Source: an uncultured Pseudomonadales bacterium
Lineage (GTDB): Bacteria; Patescibacteriota; Microgenomatia; UBA1400; CAYNFZ01
DNA: 64,000 nt
Direction of reading: 5' to 3'
NCBI GenBank assembly: GCA_964398525.1
Contig: CAYNMS010000002.1
Span: 2,403 to 66,402 of the forward strand
In this document: positions 29,755 to 39,123 of the stretch, piece by piece
Layout: the number at the start of each line of letters is the position of its first letter
Numbering within the stretch: position 1 is the first letter of the stretch
Notes under the pieces: generated by a model
What the model was told of the DNA's origin: nothing
Databases searched by the model: none
What the model saw: only the letters and a program-made list of their open reading frames with translations
Made by a program: the position numbers and the translations under genes

Positions 29755-31656
29755 TTAGCCCAGGAGTTGGTCGATATCGATTTCGTCATTTAAGAACTGG
29801 TCTAGGAGCGAATCGTTGAGATTGGAGTTGGGAGAGGAAAAAGGACGAAGAAGATGGGGTGGAATTTCTGAGAGAAAACGCGAGGACAGATTGGAGCCAC
29901 GACCACCAAAATACAACCGGTTTTTGGCATAAGTTAGATAGAGGTGGCGCCGGGCTCGAGTCAAAGCCACATAGCAAAGGCGTCTTTCTTCCTCGAGCTC
30001 GTGAGGCTCGAGAAGACTGCGGCTATGGGGAAACAAGCCTTCTTCCAGGCCAACCACAAAAACCTGATCAAACTCCAAGCCTTTGGCTGAATGCATGGTC
30101 ATGAGAGTTAAAGGAGCGGAGGTAGCGGCGTTGGTGGGCCGATGATTTTGATCGTAGCTTTGAGTGTTGTTTTCAACCAGGGAGACACTTTCGAGAAAAT
30201 CAGAAAGAGACTCAAACTGAGTTGAAACACTTTTTAACTCTTGAATATTTTCCAAGCGGGAGAGGTCGGCTTCATCTTTGGGATCGAAGCGGTCGAGGTA
30301 GTTGGTGGCCTCGAGGACCTGATCGAAAATTTGAGTGCTAGTTAATTTTTGGAGATCAAGAGAGGAAAGTTTGGTTTGAAAGGAATGTAAACGGCGTTTA
30401 CCCAAGGCTTGGGCACGATTGAGACTGACGGTGTCGGAAGGGTTGATGAGAAGGCGCAGATAGGCAAGGATGTCTTTGATTTCTTTGCGTTGGTAAAATT
30501 TGACGCCACCAACTAAGACATAGGGAATACCGGCTCGTATACAAGCTTCTTCGAAGGCACGTGATTGGGCATTAGTGCGATAAAGGACGGCGGAGGATGA
30601 GTCAGGGTGGTGACGAAGCGCGCTTAAAACAAATGAGGCCTCGTGTTTTTCGTCTTCGGCAACAAAAAGGTGGAGCGGATCGCCGTCGGTTTGATCGGTC
30701 CAAAGAGAAAGAATGGGGTGGGTTTTGTTGTGGGAGATAACAGCGTGGGCGGCGTCGAGGATGGGTTGGGTACTGCGGTAGTTGCGTTCAAGTTTGATGG
30801 TGGTGAGTTCGGGAAAATCGGTTTCAAGAAAGTTAAGATTTCTGTAGTCGGCGCCGCGCCACCTGTAGATGGATTGGGAGGCATCACCGACAACTGTCAA
30901 GCGGCGATGCTCTTGAGCAATAGTTTTGATAATTAAGTATTGGGCTTTGTTGGTGTCTTGATATTCGTCCACTAAAACGTGGGCAAAACGAGATTGGTAA
31001 CGGAGACGAACCGGAGGAACATCGAGCAAGAGGCGGACGGTGTAGTTGAGAAGGTCGTCAAAATCTAGAGCAGAAATTTCCTGGAGGTGACGTTGATAGT
31101 GGGTGTAGAGGGTGGCGATGGTAGTTTGAAAGTGGCCATAGGCGATGGTTTGATAATCGGCTGGGGTGAGTAATTCGTTTTTGGCTTGAGAGATTTGAGA
31201 TAAAACGGTGCGGGGGCGAAATTCTTTGGGTGATAAATCGAGTTGGCGGAGAAGGTGTTTGATCAGGTCTAATTGATCAGTGTCGTCATAGATTAAATAG
31301 TCGGGTGAGAGTCTCAAGTGGTGGGCTTCACGGCGAAGGAGTTTGGCACAGAAGCGATGAAAAGTGCCAGCGAAAGGTAGAGTGGTACCGACTAAGGTTT
31401 CCAAGCGTTCCTGCATCTGGCTGGCGGCTTTGTTAGTAAAAGTGAGCAGGAGAATTGAGTTGGGATCAGCCCCTTGATGGATGAGGTTGGCGGTACGATA
31501 AATGAGGGTTCTGGTTTTACCACTACCGGCTCCGGCTAAAACCAAGAGAGGCCCCTGATTGTGAGTGACGGCAGAGAGTTGTTGAGAATTGAGTTGTTGG
31601 GAAAAGTCGATGGCTGATGGCATGCTAGAATGAGCTAAAGAACTGCTGGTTACCAT
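29755..31656 (-). CDS. UvrD/PcrA-family ATP-dependent DNA helicase (minimal form; start at 31656 or 31623)
   Basis: LLVLAGAGSGKTRTL, DEYQDTN, TMHSAKGLEFD motifs. The ORF-track start at 31887 overlaps tpiA and has a non-conserved N-terminus. Confidence 0.8.
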   Translation of the reverse strand: MVTSSSLAHSSMPSAIDFSQQLNSQQLSAVTHNQGPLLVLAGAGSGKTRTLIYRTANLIHQGADPNSILLLTFTNKAASQMQERLETLVGTTLPFAGTFHRFCAKLLRREAHHLRLSPDYLIYDDTDQLDLIKHLLRQLDLSPKEFRPRTVLSQISQAKNELLTPADYQTIAYGHFQTTIATLYTHYQRHLQEISALDFDDLLNYTVRLLLDVPPVRLRYQSRFAHVLVDEYQDTNKAQYLIIKTIAQEHRRLTVVGDASQSIYRWRGADYRNLNFLETDFPELTTIKLERNYRSTQPILDAAHAVISHNKTHPILSLWTDQTDGDPLHLFVAEDEKHEASFVLSALRHHPDSSSAVLYRTNAQSRAFEEACIRAGIPYVLVGGVKFYQRKEIKDILAYLRLLINPSDTVSLNRAQALGKRRLHSFQTKLSSLDLQKLTSTQIFDQVLEATNYLDRFDPKDEADLSRLENIQELKSVSTQFESLSDFLESVSLVENNTQSYDQNHRPTNAATSAPLTLMTMHSAKGLEFDQVFVVGLEEGLFPHSRSLLEPHELEEERRLCYVALTRARRHLYLTYAKNRLYFGGRGSNLSSRFLSEIPPHLLRPFSSPNSNLNDSLLDQFLNDEIDIDQLLG

Positions 31657-31698
31657 AACACGGAAACCGAGGTCTGTACAGTAAATCGAAGGAGAAAA

Positions 31699-32367
31699 AT
31701 GGAATATATTGTGGCAAATTGGAAATCTCACAAAAGCTTGGCTGAGGCTAAGGAATGGATGGAGGAAATGAGTAAATACTGGAGAGAGTTGTCTGAGAGG
31801 GAAGTGGTGGTAGCACCGCCGATGCCTTACTTGGAGCAGATGAGTGAATATAAAAAGTCTTTGACTGGAATGAAGTTGGCTTGCCAAGACTTATCACCAT
31901 TTCCTTTTGGGGCCTATACCGGAGCCGTGGCGGCAGCGATGGTGAATGATTGGTGTGAATATGCCATAGTGGGTCATTCTGAGAGACGAGCTTATTTTGA
32001 GGAAAAACACCAACAAATTGCCAATAAAGTTGAGCAAGCAAGAGAGGCAGGAATAAAGGCAATTGTGTGTGTGGATCGAGGATATGTGAAGGCTCAAGCA
32101 GCAGCGTTGGGAGAAAATATAGGAGAAATAATTGCTTATGAACCGTTGGAAGCCATTGGGACGGGATTGGCCCAAGATCCGGAGGAAGTTAAGAAAGTGG
32201 TGGCTGAAATTCGTCTGGTGGCAAAACCAAAAGCAATTCTTTATGGCGGAAGCGTGAATGCGGATAATGCTAGAGAGTTTTTAAAAATAGATGGGGTGGA
32301 TGGTCTACTGGTGGGAGGGGCGAGTTTAAAAGCCGAGAGTTTTGCCAGGATTTGCGGACTAGTGTGA
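31699..32367 (+). CDS. tpiA: Triosephosphate isomerase
   Basis: IVANWKSHKSL, VGHSERR, AYEPLEAIGTG motifs. Confidence 0.88.
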   Translation: MEYIVANWKSHKSLAEAKEWMEEMSKYWRELSEREVVVAPPMPYLEQMSEYKKSLTGMKLACQDLSPFPFGAYTGAVAAAMVNDWCEYAIVGHSERRAYFEEKHQQIANKVEQAREAGIKAIVCVDRGYVKAQAAALGENIGEIIAYEPLEAIGTGLAQDPEEVKKVVAEIRLVAKPKAILYGGSVNADNAREFLKIDGVDGLLVGGASLKAESFARICGLV

Positions 32368-33981
32368 AACAGAATAAATGGAGTAAGAGGGAGACTCGAG
32401 TAGGAGAGGAAATTGGCTGAAGTAGCTGAGATTGATTTCAAATGAAGCGTGTTCGGAAGGGCCGATAACCACATAATCGATTGAGTAGTGGTCTAGGAGC
32501 AAGGAGGCCTGGCTGGAACCGGAGTAGATATTGGCGATGTCTGTTTCTCTGGTGGTGTAGTCGAGGCCATAAGTCCAGAGCCAACCACGGTAGCCCATGA
32601 GAATTTGTCTGCCGGTGAGGGTGGGGATAAAGTGATTGTGTTGGTCGCTGGTGAGAATAACTGAGTCGGGGGAGGTAAGTTCTCGGACTTTGGAGGCTAG
32701 GTCTAATTCTTCATTCGTAAACATGGGGGTTTGGAGCTTTTCAAAATCCAGAAGGCGAAGAGCGTCGAGAAAACCGGAGAAGGTGAAAACAAGGAAAAGG
32801 AGGCTGAAAGCGATTAAACCAAGGCGTTTGGCTTGAAGTAGACGAAAAAGAAGAGTGGTGGCAGGCAGACTAAAGGCAAGGTAAATCCAGGTGAAGATTT
32901 TGGAATTGTCCCAGTCGTAGGGTTGGAAAAGAATTAGGTTTGATAAAAAGAAGAGAAAATAGAAGGGCAAGAAGAAAAGCTTTTGGCGCGAGGGGAGAAA
33001 GAAGTAGCCAACAAAAGAGGCGGGGAGAAACAAACCCCAGTTGATTAACCAAAACCAAAACCAGTTGATGTCTTTGCTTTTAGCTAGCCAGCCAGGATAA
33101 AGGCGGAAAAACGATTCAGAAGTACTAGGAAAGATGAAATGAGTGGCTAGAGGATAAGCGACAGAAAGACTGATAAAGGCGGTGAGCATCCAGTAGGAAA
33201 AAGGGTGGCGTCTGAGAGTAAGGAGAAATATCCAAAGGGTTAAGATAGCCATGACTATGGCGGTGTGAGCGTGGATAATAGGAAGGGGGCCAAGGAGAAG
33301 ACCGAGGACGAGAAAATGACGGAGTTTGACTTTGGTGGCAAAAATGCGCCAGAGGAGAGTGAGGATGAGTAGACCAGTGATTAGCCCCAGAAGAAAGGCA
33401 CGTTGAGGCACGAGCTCGCCCGAGATGATGTTGATCCATTCGATGTAATGGGAACCAATGTGAGTGTATTCCTGAGGCAAATGGGTGATGGTGGTCAAAA
33501 AGCCAGTCTGGGCAACGTCCTGGAAGAAATAAATAAAACCCAAACCACCACTGAAGAACCATAAAAGAGAGGCAACGAGCGCGCGGGAAAGAGAGGAAAA
33601 TTGGGAGTATACCCAAGGCAGGAGAAATAAAAGAATGAGGCAGAGAAAACCTCCGAGAAAATTCCAGGCCAGATGATGGGGAAGACCTAGACGAAGAAGA
33701 TAGCCGCCAAGCATATCCGCGACAAAAGAATAAGAAAAAGGGTGGCCGTAAAAAAGAGGGTGATTCAGGGGAAAAGTCGAGCGGAAAGCAAAAGCGCTCA
33801 TGTAACTTAGGTGAACAGCGCCGTCTGCCCAACTGCCCACCCACCCAGCAACAATACCAGTTGGGGTGGAGACTAATTGCCGGCTCCAAAGAAGGAGAAA
33901 GTAAAGAGAGCCTATCAGGGAGTAAACTAGGAGAAAGAGTTTGGAGCGGGTAAAAGTAAACTTGAGGCGAAACTTAGTCAT
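32359..33981 (-). CDS. Large polytopic membrane protein, possible GT-C fold glycosyltransferase
   Basis: 540 aa, more than 12 hydrophobic segments, periplasmic-loop Asp residues. No firm family. Confidence 0.35.
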   Translation of the reverse strand: MTKFRLKFTFTRSKLFLLVYSLIGSLYFLLLWSRQLVSTPTGIVAGWVGSWADGAVHLSYMSAFAFRSTFPLNHPLFYGHPFSYSFVADMLGGYLLRLGLPHHLAWNFLGGFLCLILLFLLPWVYSQFSSLSRALVASLLWFFSGGLGFIYFFQDVAQTGFLTTITHLPQEYTHIGSHYIEWINIISGELVPQRAFLLGLITGLLILTLLWRIFATKVKLRHFLVLGLLLGPLPIIHAHTAIVMAILTLWIFLLTLRRHPFSYWMLTAFISLSVAYPLATHFIFPSTSESFFRLYPGWLAKSKDINWFWFWLINWGLFLPASFVGYFFLPSRQKLFFLPFYFLFFLSNLILFQPYDWDNSKIFTWIYLAFSLPATTLLFRLLQAKRLGLIAFSLLFLVFTFSGFLDALRLLDFEKLQTPMFTNEELDLASKVRELTSPDSVILTSDQHNHFIPTLTGRQILMGYRGWLWTYGLDYTTRETDIANIYSGSSQASLLLDHYSIDYVVIGPSEHASFEINLSYFSQFPLLLESPSYSIYSVSH

Positions 33982-34054
33982 TGTGATAGTATAGCCAATT
34001 GGAGTTGAGTCAAAAAGGGTCGTGTAAATGAGGTAAGTGAGATAGAATTTAGAA

Positions 34055-35308
34055 GTGAAAAAAAGGACAAAATTTTTACTGGGGTTAATTCTAGGGTTTG
34101 CTTTGGTAACAAGACTCTGGAACTTGAATTACCCGCAAAACTACTACTTTGACGAGGTTTATCATGCGTTTACGGCTGGAGCATATGCCCAAAATGACCC
34201 CAAAGGTTATGAATGGTGGCACACATCGGTGGTGGAGGGAACGGCTTATGAGTGGTTGCATCCACCTGTTTCTAAATTAATGATGGCGGTGTCGATATGG
34301 CTAATAGGGGATGAGAGTTTTGCGTGGAGATTTCCAGGAGCCTTGATGGGGGTAATAATGGTGGGAGTGTGCTTTTGGTTGGGGAAAGTTATTTTTGGGA
34401 GCAGAAGAGCAGGTTTGTGGGCGGGGGCAATTGCTAGTTTGGAAGGGTTACTTTTGGCTCAATCACGTATAGCCATGAATGATATTTATGTGACGACATG
34501 GATGTTGCTGGGGATAGGTTGGTATTGGAAATGGAGAAAAGAGGGTAGAAATAATTGGAAGGATTTGATGATATCAGCTGGGTGGTTGGGACTGGGGGTG
34601 GCAACTAAATGGTCGGGAGTATTTGCCCTAGGAACGGTGGGGTTATGGGAAATTATGGAGTTAATAGCAAATAAGGGTAAGCACTGGAGAAAATCGGTAG
34701 CTGGTGGGTTGATTTATTTGGTAGCAGCAGGGGGAATTTATATTGCTTCTTACAGCCAGTTTTGGTTACAGGGGCATACGTGGCAACAGTGGGTGGAACT
34801 GCATAAGCAGATTTGGTGGTATCAAACTAATTTGGAGGCAACTCATGCTTATCAAAGCACACCAATACAATGGTTATTGAATTTAAAACCGGTGTGGTAT
34901 TTTGTGGAATACAAAGAGAAGACTGTAGCCAATATCTATGCCCTAGCAAATCCAGCCATTGCCTGGGGAGGATTATTGGCGGCGGGATGGATGTTGTGGC
35001 AGGGGGTTAGGGCTAAAAAAAGAGAATACTTGTTTTGGTTGAGTTGTTATTTGTGGGTGTGGTTACCTTGGGTGGGTTCACCCAGAATAATGTTTTTTTA
35101 TCACTACACGCCGGCGATGGCATGGTTGAGTATTGGTATTGGGGAGAGTTTGGCCCGACTGGAAAAGACTAGTTGGGGGAAGTGGTTTGGGTTTACTTAC
35201 TTATTGGTGGTGATAGGTATGTTTGTTTTTTTCTGGCCGGTGTGGACTGGAGTGGCGGTACCAACAGAGTGGAGCAAGTGGTTCTTTTGGATATCAAGCT
35301 GGAAATAG
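34055..35308 (+). CDS. GT-C glycosyltransferase, protein O-mannosyltransferase/ArnT-like (PMT_2, GT39/83)
   Basis: YYFDEVYHAFTA DE motif in loop 1. 417 aa, ~11 TM. Confidence 0.7.
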   Translation: MKKRTKFLLGLILGFALVTRLWNLNYPQNYYFDEVYHAFTAGAYAQNDPKGYEWWHTSVVEGTAYEWLHPPVSKLMMAVSIWLIGDESFAWRFPGALMGVIMVGVCFWLGKVIFGSRRAGLWAGAIASLEGLLLAQSRIAMNDIYVTTWMLLGIGWYWKWRKEGRNNWKDLMISAGWLGLGVATKWSGVFALGTVGLWEIMELIANKGKHWRKSVAGGLIYLVAAGGIYIASYSQFWLQGHTWQQWVELHKQIWWYQTNLEATHAYQSTPIQWLLNLKPVWYFVEYKEKTVANIYALANPAIAWGGLLAAGWMLWQGVRAKKREYLFWLSCYLWVWLPWVGSPRIMFFYHYTPAMAWLSIGIGESLARLEKTSWGKWFGFTYLLVVIGMFVFFWPVWTGVAVPTEWSKWFFWISSWK

Positions 35309-35309
35309 G

Positions 35310-36179
35310 TTAGAGCAACAAAAGGCTTAAAGCGCCGACAACCAAAACGGCAAATCCGACTGAGAAGACTGTAAGAGTGGGAAAAGACGAGCCGGCTGTA
35401 GGTAGGTTGGGTGCGGGAGAGACTGAAGGTGAAGGCACAACTCCACCCGTGACTGGAGTGGAAGGGTTGGGGGTAGTACTGAGAGGAGTGGGTGTGGGTG
35501 AAGGAGTTGGGGCAGTTGGAGTAGGAGTGGGAGAGGGTGTAGGTGAAGGTGAGGGTGAAGGTGTGGGAGTGGGTTCGGGTCCACCTAAAGGCTGACAGGT
35601 AGCAGATTCTGGATAAGACTCAAGTCGACAGGTATCAGTTTGGGGGGAACAGAAGTAAGTTTGATCGGCGGTTTGACACTGCTCATCGGTGGTGCAAGGT
35701 GAGTCACAGGTGTATTCAACATCTTCCGGCTGACAATCAGATTGGTCCGGATAATCCGGATGTCGACAAGTGCCGGTGGTAGTAGAACAGGTATATTCTT
35801 GATCGGCGGTTTGACACTGCTCATTGGTGGTGCAAGGTGAGTCGCAGGTGTATTGGCAAAGACAATCTTGGGAAGCTGGACATTCAGGATTAACACAAAC
35901 CTCAAGATCTTGATTACAGACTAGACCAGTTCCACACTGATTGTTTGTTTGACAAGTGCCTTGGTAGCAGCTGAGAGGGTTAACAGTAAAACTAAAAGAG
36001 CAAGTTTCTGCCGCAGCTGGCCGGGATTGGGGAGCAGTGGGGGCTACAGAAGTGCTACCGCGAGACTTAAGAAAAAGGGCGACTCCAACTGCGGTGGCAG
36101 CGATAAAGACAATTGAAGTAATGATGACTAGTGAGATGGGCTTGGGTCGATGCATTAAAGTTGATCCCAGGCGGTACAT
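35310..36179 (-). CDS. Secreted/anchored Cys-rich modular protein with two 46-aa Cys repeats, a Pro/Thr/Ser linker and a C-terminal hydrophobic anchor
   Basis: N-terminal signal-anchor. Repeats YTCDSPCTT(N/D)EQCQTADQ.Y.C. PTPTPSPSPSPTPSPTPTP linker. C-terminal LTVFSVGFAVLVVGALSLLLL. Confidence 0.55.
   Translation of the reverse strand: MYRLGSTLMHRPKPISLVIITSIVFIAATAVGVALFLKSRGSTSVAPTAPQSRPAAAETCSFSFTVNPLSCYQGTCQTNNQCGTGLVCNQDLEVCVNPECPASQDCLCQYTCDSPCTTNEQCQTADQEYTCSTTTGTCRHPDYPDQSDCQPEDVEYTCDSPCTTDEQCQTADQTYFCSPQTDTCRLESYPESATCQPLGGPEPTPTPSPSPSPTPSPTPTPTAPTPSPTPTPLSTTPNPSTPVTGGVVPSPSVSPAPNLPTAGSSFPTLTVFSVGFAVLVVGALSLLLL
35661..35855. repeat. Tandem direct repeat (period 138 bp, 57-bp core 55/57 identical) inside the Cys-rich gene
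   Basis: ttgatcggcggtttgacactgctcatcggtggtgcaaggtgagtcacaggtgtatt at 35661 and the same with 2 mismatches at 35799. Confidence 0.8.
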
Positions 36180-37636
36180 TGTGGTTGGGCATCACATGCC
36201 TGGCACTGGACTTGGTATTGGCCAGGTTGTGTGACAAAAAGGTTGAGAGATAAATTGGGTTGAGATGAACTGACGCCGATGGTTTGCCAAGCTTGATCAT
36301 TGATGCGATAGCGAAAGTTGTAACTAGTAACTTGACTAATGCCAGCCCCTCCTGCAGTACAAGTGAAATTGACAGAATCACCGATTTGAGGGGATGGAAG
36401 AGAAGAGTTGAGGTTGGAACATACAAAAGATTCGGTTATTAAAGGGGTGGGGGTTGGTGTGGGTAAGGGAGTAGAGGGTGGGGTGGGCGAAGAAGGTGGT
36501 GGAGTAGGTTGGGAAGAATATACAGGTAAAGGGGTGGGGTAAGTTCCACCGACGGCAGGCTGGCCACAGGAGAGGTTGGGTTCACATTCACAATAGGTGA
36601 TGCCAGAGAGAACCAGTTCACCAGCGATGGAGTCGGACTGGATGCGGACACAATCCTGATAACAATTGGTTTTGGCATTTGAACCACAAGCCTCGTTGCC
36701 ACAGCCTATAAATACCCGATCACCTTCTTGGGAACAAGTTTGTTGGGAGGAGCTGATATAGCCACAGGCGTGCATGTTGACTTCAGTTCCCCACTGACCA
36801 AATTCATTACACATTCGTCCCATGCCATCCGTGGTACATTGGGCTTGTCCGGGGGAGCATTCTTGAGAAGAGGTGTTACCCGTACAGATGTTGGCACAAA
36901 CACTGGCGGCTTGAGAACCGGTGGTAGTGTTGGTGCACATTTGAAAATCGACGGAACCGTTGTTGTCATAATCACATTTTAGAAGGTAAAGACAACCCCC
37001 ACCGGCAGTATTGCCGGTGTCAACCCAACCATTGACGTTGGTGCAAGATGATGAAGGACTAGGGTTGGTGGTTGATGTTGGTCCTGTCCAACCTTCACAA
37101 CAGTGGAGCCCCCCACACACGTCCACAGGTCCGCCAGATTCAGATGCATGAGGACAGTCGCCACTGCCGGAGCCAGGGTTGGCACACCAGCTACAAGTGG
37201 GTCCTGAAGGGTTTGAGGGGGGTGGGGTGGGGTCTGGATTTGAAGTACCGCCAGGATTCCAACCGGTACAACAAGGCAGACCACCACAAACATCGACGCC
37301 GCCACCTGACTCCGGAGCGTGGCCGGTTGAAGCAAAACATTGATCTGCACCAGCACACCAACTACAAGATGGGGTGGTGGAGGCTTGTTGGCGAATATCT
37401 TGAGATTGTTGAACCAAGCGCAAGCCTACGACGCTACCAATTCCAAGCGTGAAGACTAGAAAGGTTGATAATAGAAGGTTTTTTTTAGGGTTAGGTTTGC
37501 CAAATCTTGAAGGCTTAGAAGAGTTTGGTGAATCAGAAGCAGCGTTTGGTGAGGGGCTTGAAGGTGGATTGAGGATTGGTTGACCAGGACGAGATGTCGG
37601 TGGGCGAAAAGTTGGAGTGGTTGGGTTTTGGTCCAT
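36155..37636 (-). CDS. Large Cys-rich surface protein: Pro-rich N-terminal tail, one TM, duplicated CSWCA...VDVCGGL.CC.GW modules, Ig-like C-terminus
   Basis: 493 aa. More than 40 Cys in the ectodomain. Two ~45-aa modules in tandem. PT linker. Overlaps the downstream gene by 25 nt. Confidence 0.55.
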   Translation of the reverse strand: MDQNPTTPTFRPPTSRPGQPILNPPSSPSPNAASDSPNSSKPSRFGKPNPKKNLLLSTFLVFTLGIGSVVGLRLVQQSQDIRQQASTTPSCSWCAGADQCFASTGHAPESGGGVDVCGGLPCCTGWNPGGTSNPDPTPPPSNPSGPTCSWCANPGSGSGDCPHASESGGPVDVCGGLHCCEGWTGPTSTTNPSPSSSCTNVNGWVDTGNTAGGGCLYLLKCDYDNNGSVDFQMCTNTTTGSQAASVCANICTGNTSSQECSPGQAQCTTDGMGRMCNEFGQWGTEVNMHACGYISSSQQTCSQEGDRVFIGCGNEACGSNAKTNCYQDCVRIQSDSIAGELVLSGITYCECEPNLSCGQPAVGGTYPTPLPVYSSQPTPPPSSPTPPSTPLPTPTPTPLITESFVCSNLNSSLPSPQIGDSVNFTCTAGGAGISQVTSYNFRYRINDQAWQTIGVSSSQPNLSLNLFVTQPGQYQVQCQACDAQPQCTAWDQL

Positions 37637-37639
37637 ACA

Positions 37640-39028
37640 TTACTTGGTGGAGCGGTGTCGCAAAAATAATCCAGCAAGAAGGGTGGAACTACCCAGGAAA
37701 AGAATGAGAAGTGTTTGACTAATATTGCCAGCCACAGGCACACCTCCCTTGGAAACAGGTTGTGTAGTTCTGCCGGAATCTGTGGCCACGGTGGCGGGGG
37801 TTGGAGAAGGAGTGAGGGTTGGAGTTGGAGAAAGAGTGGGCAGAGGAGTGGGGGTGGGAATTGGAGTGGGAATTGGAGTGGGGGTGGGGGTAAGTTGGCC
37901 CGAAGGGGAAGAGGTAAAGGAGGGAAGATTTGAGTCTTGAGCATAGACCGTGAAACTTCGGGTAAGGGTTTGTAAAAGTCCAGAAGTGTCGGTGTAGGTT
38001 AGAGTAATTGTGTGTTGGCCGGGTTCAAGATCTTGTGGGGGTGTCCAAGAGAAGTTGCCCTCTGAGTCAGAAGTAACTTCATCTTCGTAAGTAACAGGGG
38101 ATTCGACTTTGATTTGGAGGCGAGTATTGGCAGGTGCTTTTCCTTGGATTTCCGGACGCGAGGTATCTAGTTGTTGGCCATCGGAGGCGGGGTTTAATAA
38201 AATTACCGCAGCTTGACTGGCGGTTTCTGACTCTAGATTAGTTTCTGAGGTTGATTCTGGGCTAGGATCTGGGGTTGATGATCTTGAAAAATCAAAGTCT
38301 TGGCCTAAAACAATAGGAGGAACGGGTTGGTGGTTGGAAGTGTCGGTTTTCCCTGAGGTTTTGGTGGAGTCGGTACTAACGACATCGATGATGATGGGGG
38401 TGGTTTGATCATAGGAAATAAAGCCACTGAGATCGGCGGTGCGTATTGTAGAAAGAGGGAGTGCCCAAGAACCTGAAGCTTTGACAAGAGTGGAAATAGG
38501 GGTAGCGCCAGGCAGACGAATGTAGAGTATAGACCCCTCAGCTGGTGTTTGGGCGGGCGTGGTCACAGTCCCATAGATAGTTTCTGAGTCTGGAGCGTTA
38601 CCGAGAGATGCACCTGTAGTGATCTGATAGGGTTGGCCGTTTTGATCAAAAAGGTCTTGACTTCCAGAGCCAAGTTTAAAATAGTAAGTGGTAGTTGGTT
38701 TGAGATCAGAGATAGAGATATGATGAGTGACGAAAGAGCCGGTCTGACCAGAGAGACGATCTCTTTCATCGGGGACGGTAGTGTCCAACTCTGTGGAAGT
38801 GCCGTAACGAACAAAACCAGTGGTTGGCTGATCCGTTACCCAGGAAACGGTAAACGAACGATCAGTAACGTTGGTTATTTGAACTTGTTTTGGGGTGGCT
38901 TCTGGGGCGGCTCGGGGTAAGAAATTGGTTTGTCTACCAACCAAAAAGACACCGACGCCAGCACCGATAAACAAGATTAGGAGGGCAAAAATGGTAGGTA
39001 TTTGTTTCTTGAGCAGGGTTTTGTCCAT
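37640..39028 (-). CDS. Surface protein with N-terminal signal-anchor, fibronectin type III-like domain, PT-rich stalk and C-terminal TM anchor (start at internal Met)
   Basis: FTVSWVTDQPTTGFVRYGTS FN3-like (purple-acid-phosphatase N-domain type). C-terminal LLILFLGSSTLLAGLFLRHRSTK. Confidence 0.55.
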   Translation of the reverse strand: MDKTLLKKQIPTIFALLILFIGAGVGVFLVGRQTNFLPRAAPEATPKQVQITNVTDRSFTVSWVTDQPTTGFVRYGTSTELDTTVPDERDRLSGQTGSFVTHHISISDLKPTTTYYFKLGSGSQDLFDQNGQPYQITTGASLGNAPDSETIYGTVTTPAQTPAEGSILYIRLPGATPISTLVKASGSWALPLSTIRTADLSGFISYDQTTPIIIDVVSTDSTKTSGKTDTSNHQPVPPIVLGQDFDFSRSSTPDPSPESTSETNLESETASQAAVILLNPASDGQQLDTSRPEIQGKAPANTRLQIKVESPVTYEDEVTSDSEGNFSWTPPQDLEPGQHTITLTYTDTSGLLQTLTRSFTVYAQDSNLPSFTSSPSGQLTPTPTPIPTPIPTPTPLPTLSPTPTLTPSPTPATVATDSGRTTQPVSKGGVPVAGNISQTLLILFLGSSTLLAGLFLRHRSTK

Positions 39029-39123
39029 AAATTCAGGATGACACGAAGTTATCACCATGAGAGAACTCAGGGCTGACTCCATGGTAACGGCTCAAGAGAA
39101 TTAACTCAATATGTCAAAATGTA

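Noticed and set aside
29755-31887. 710-aa version of the second UvrD helicase
   Set aside because: The N-terminal 77 aa are His/Phe-rich with no helicase similarity and overlap tpiA on the opposite strand. The conserved N-terminus starts at Met 31656 or 31623.
35377-35595. Repetitive GGTG/GAGG-rich DNA at 35.4-35.6 kb, 37.8-37.9 kb and 48.8-49.3 kb that could resemble a repeat array or CRISPR
   Set aside because: It is low-complexity coding sequence for Pro/Thr/Ser linker peptides on the minus strand. There is no repeat-spacer periodicity and no cas genes.
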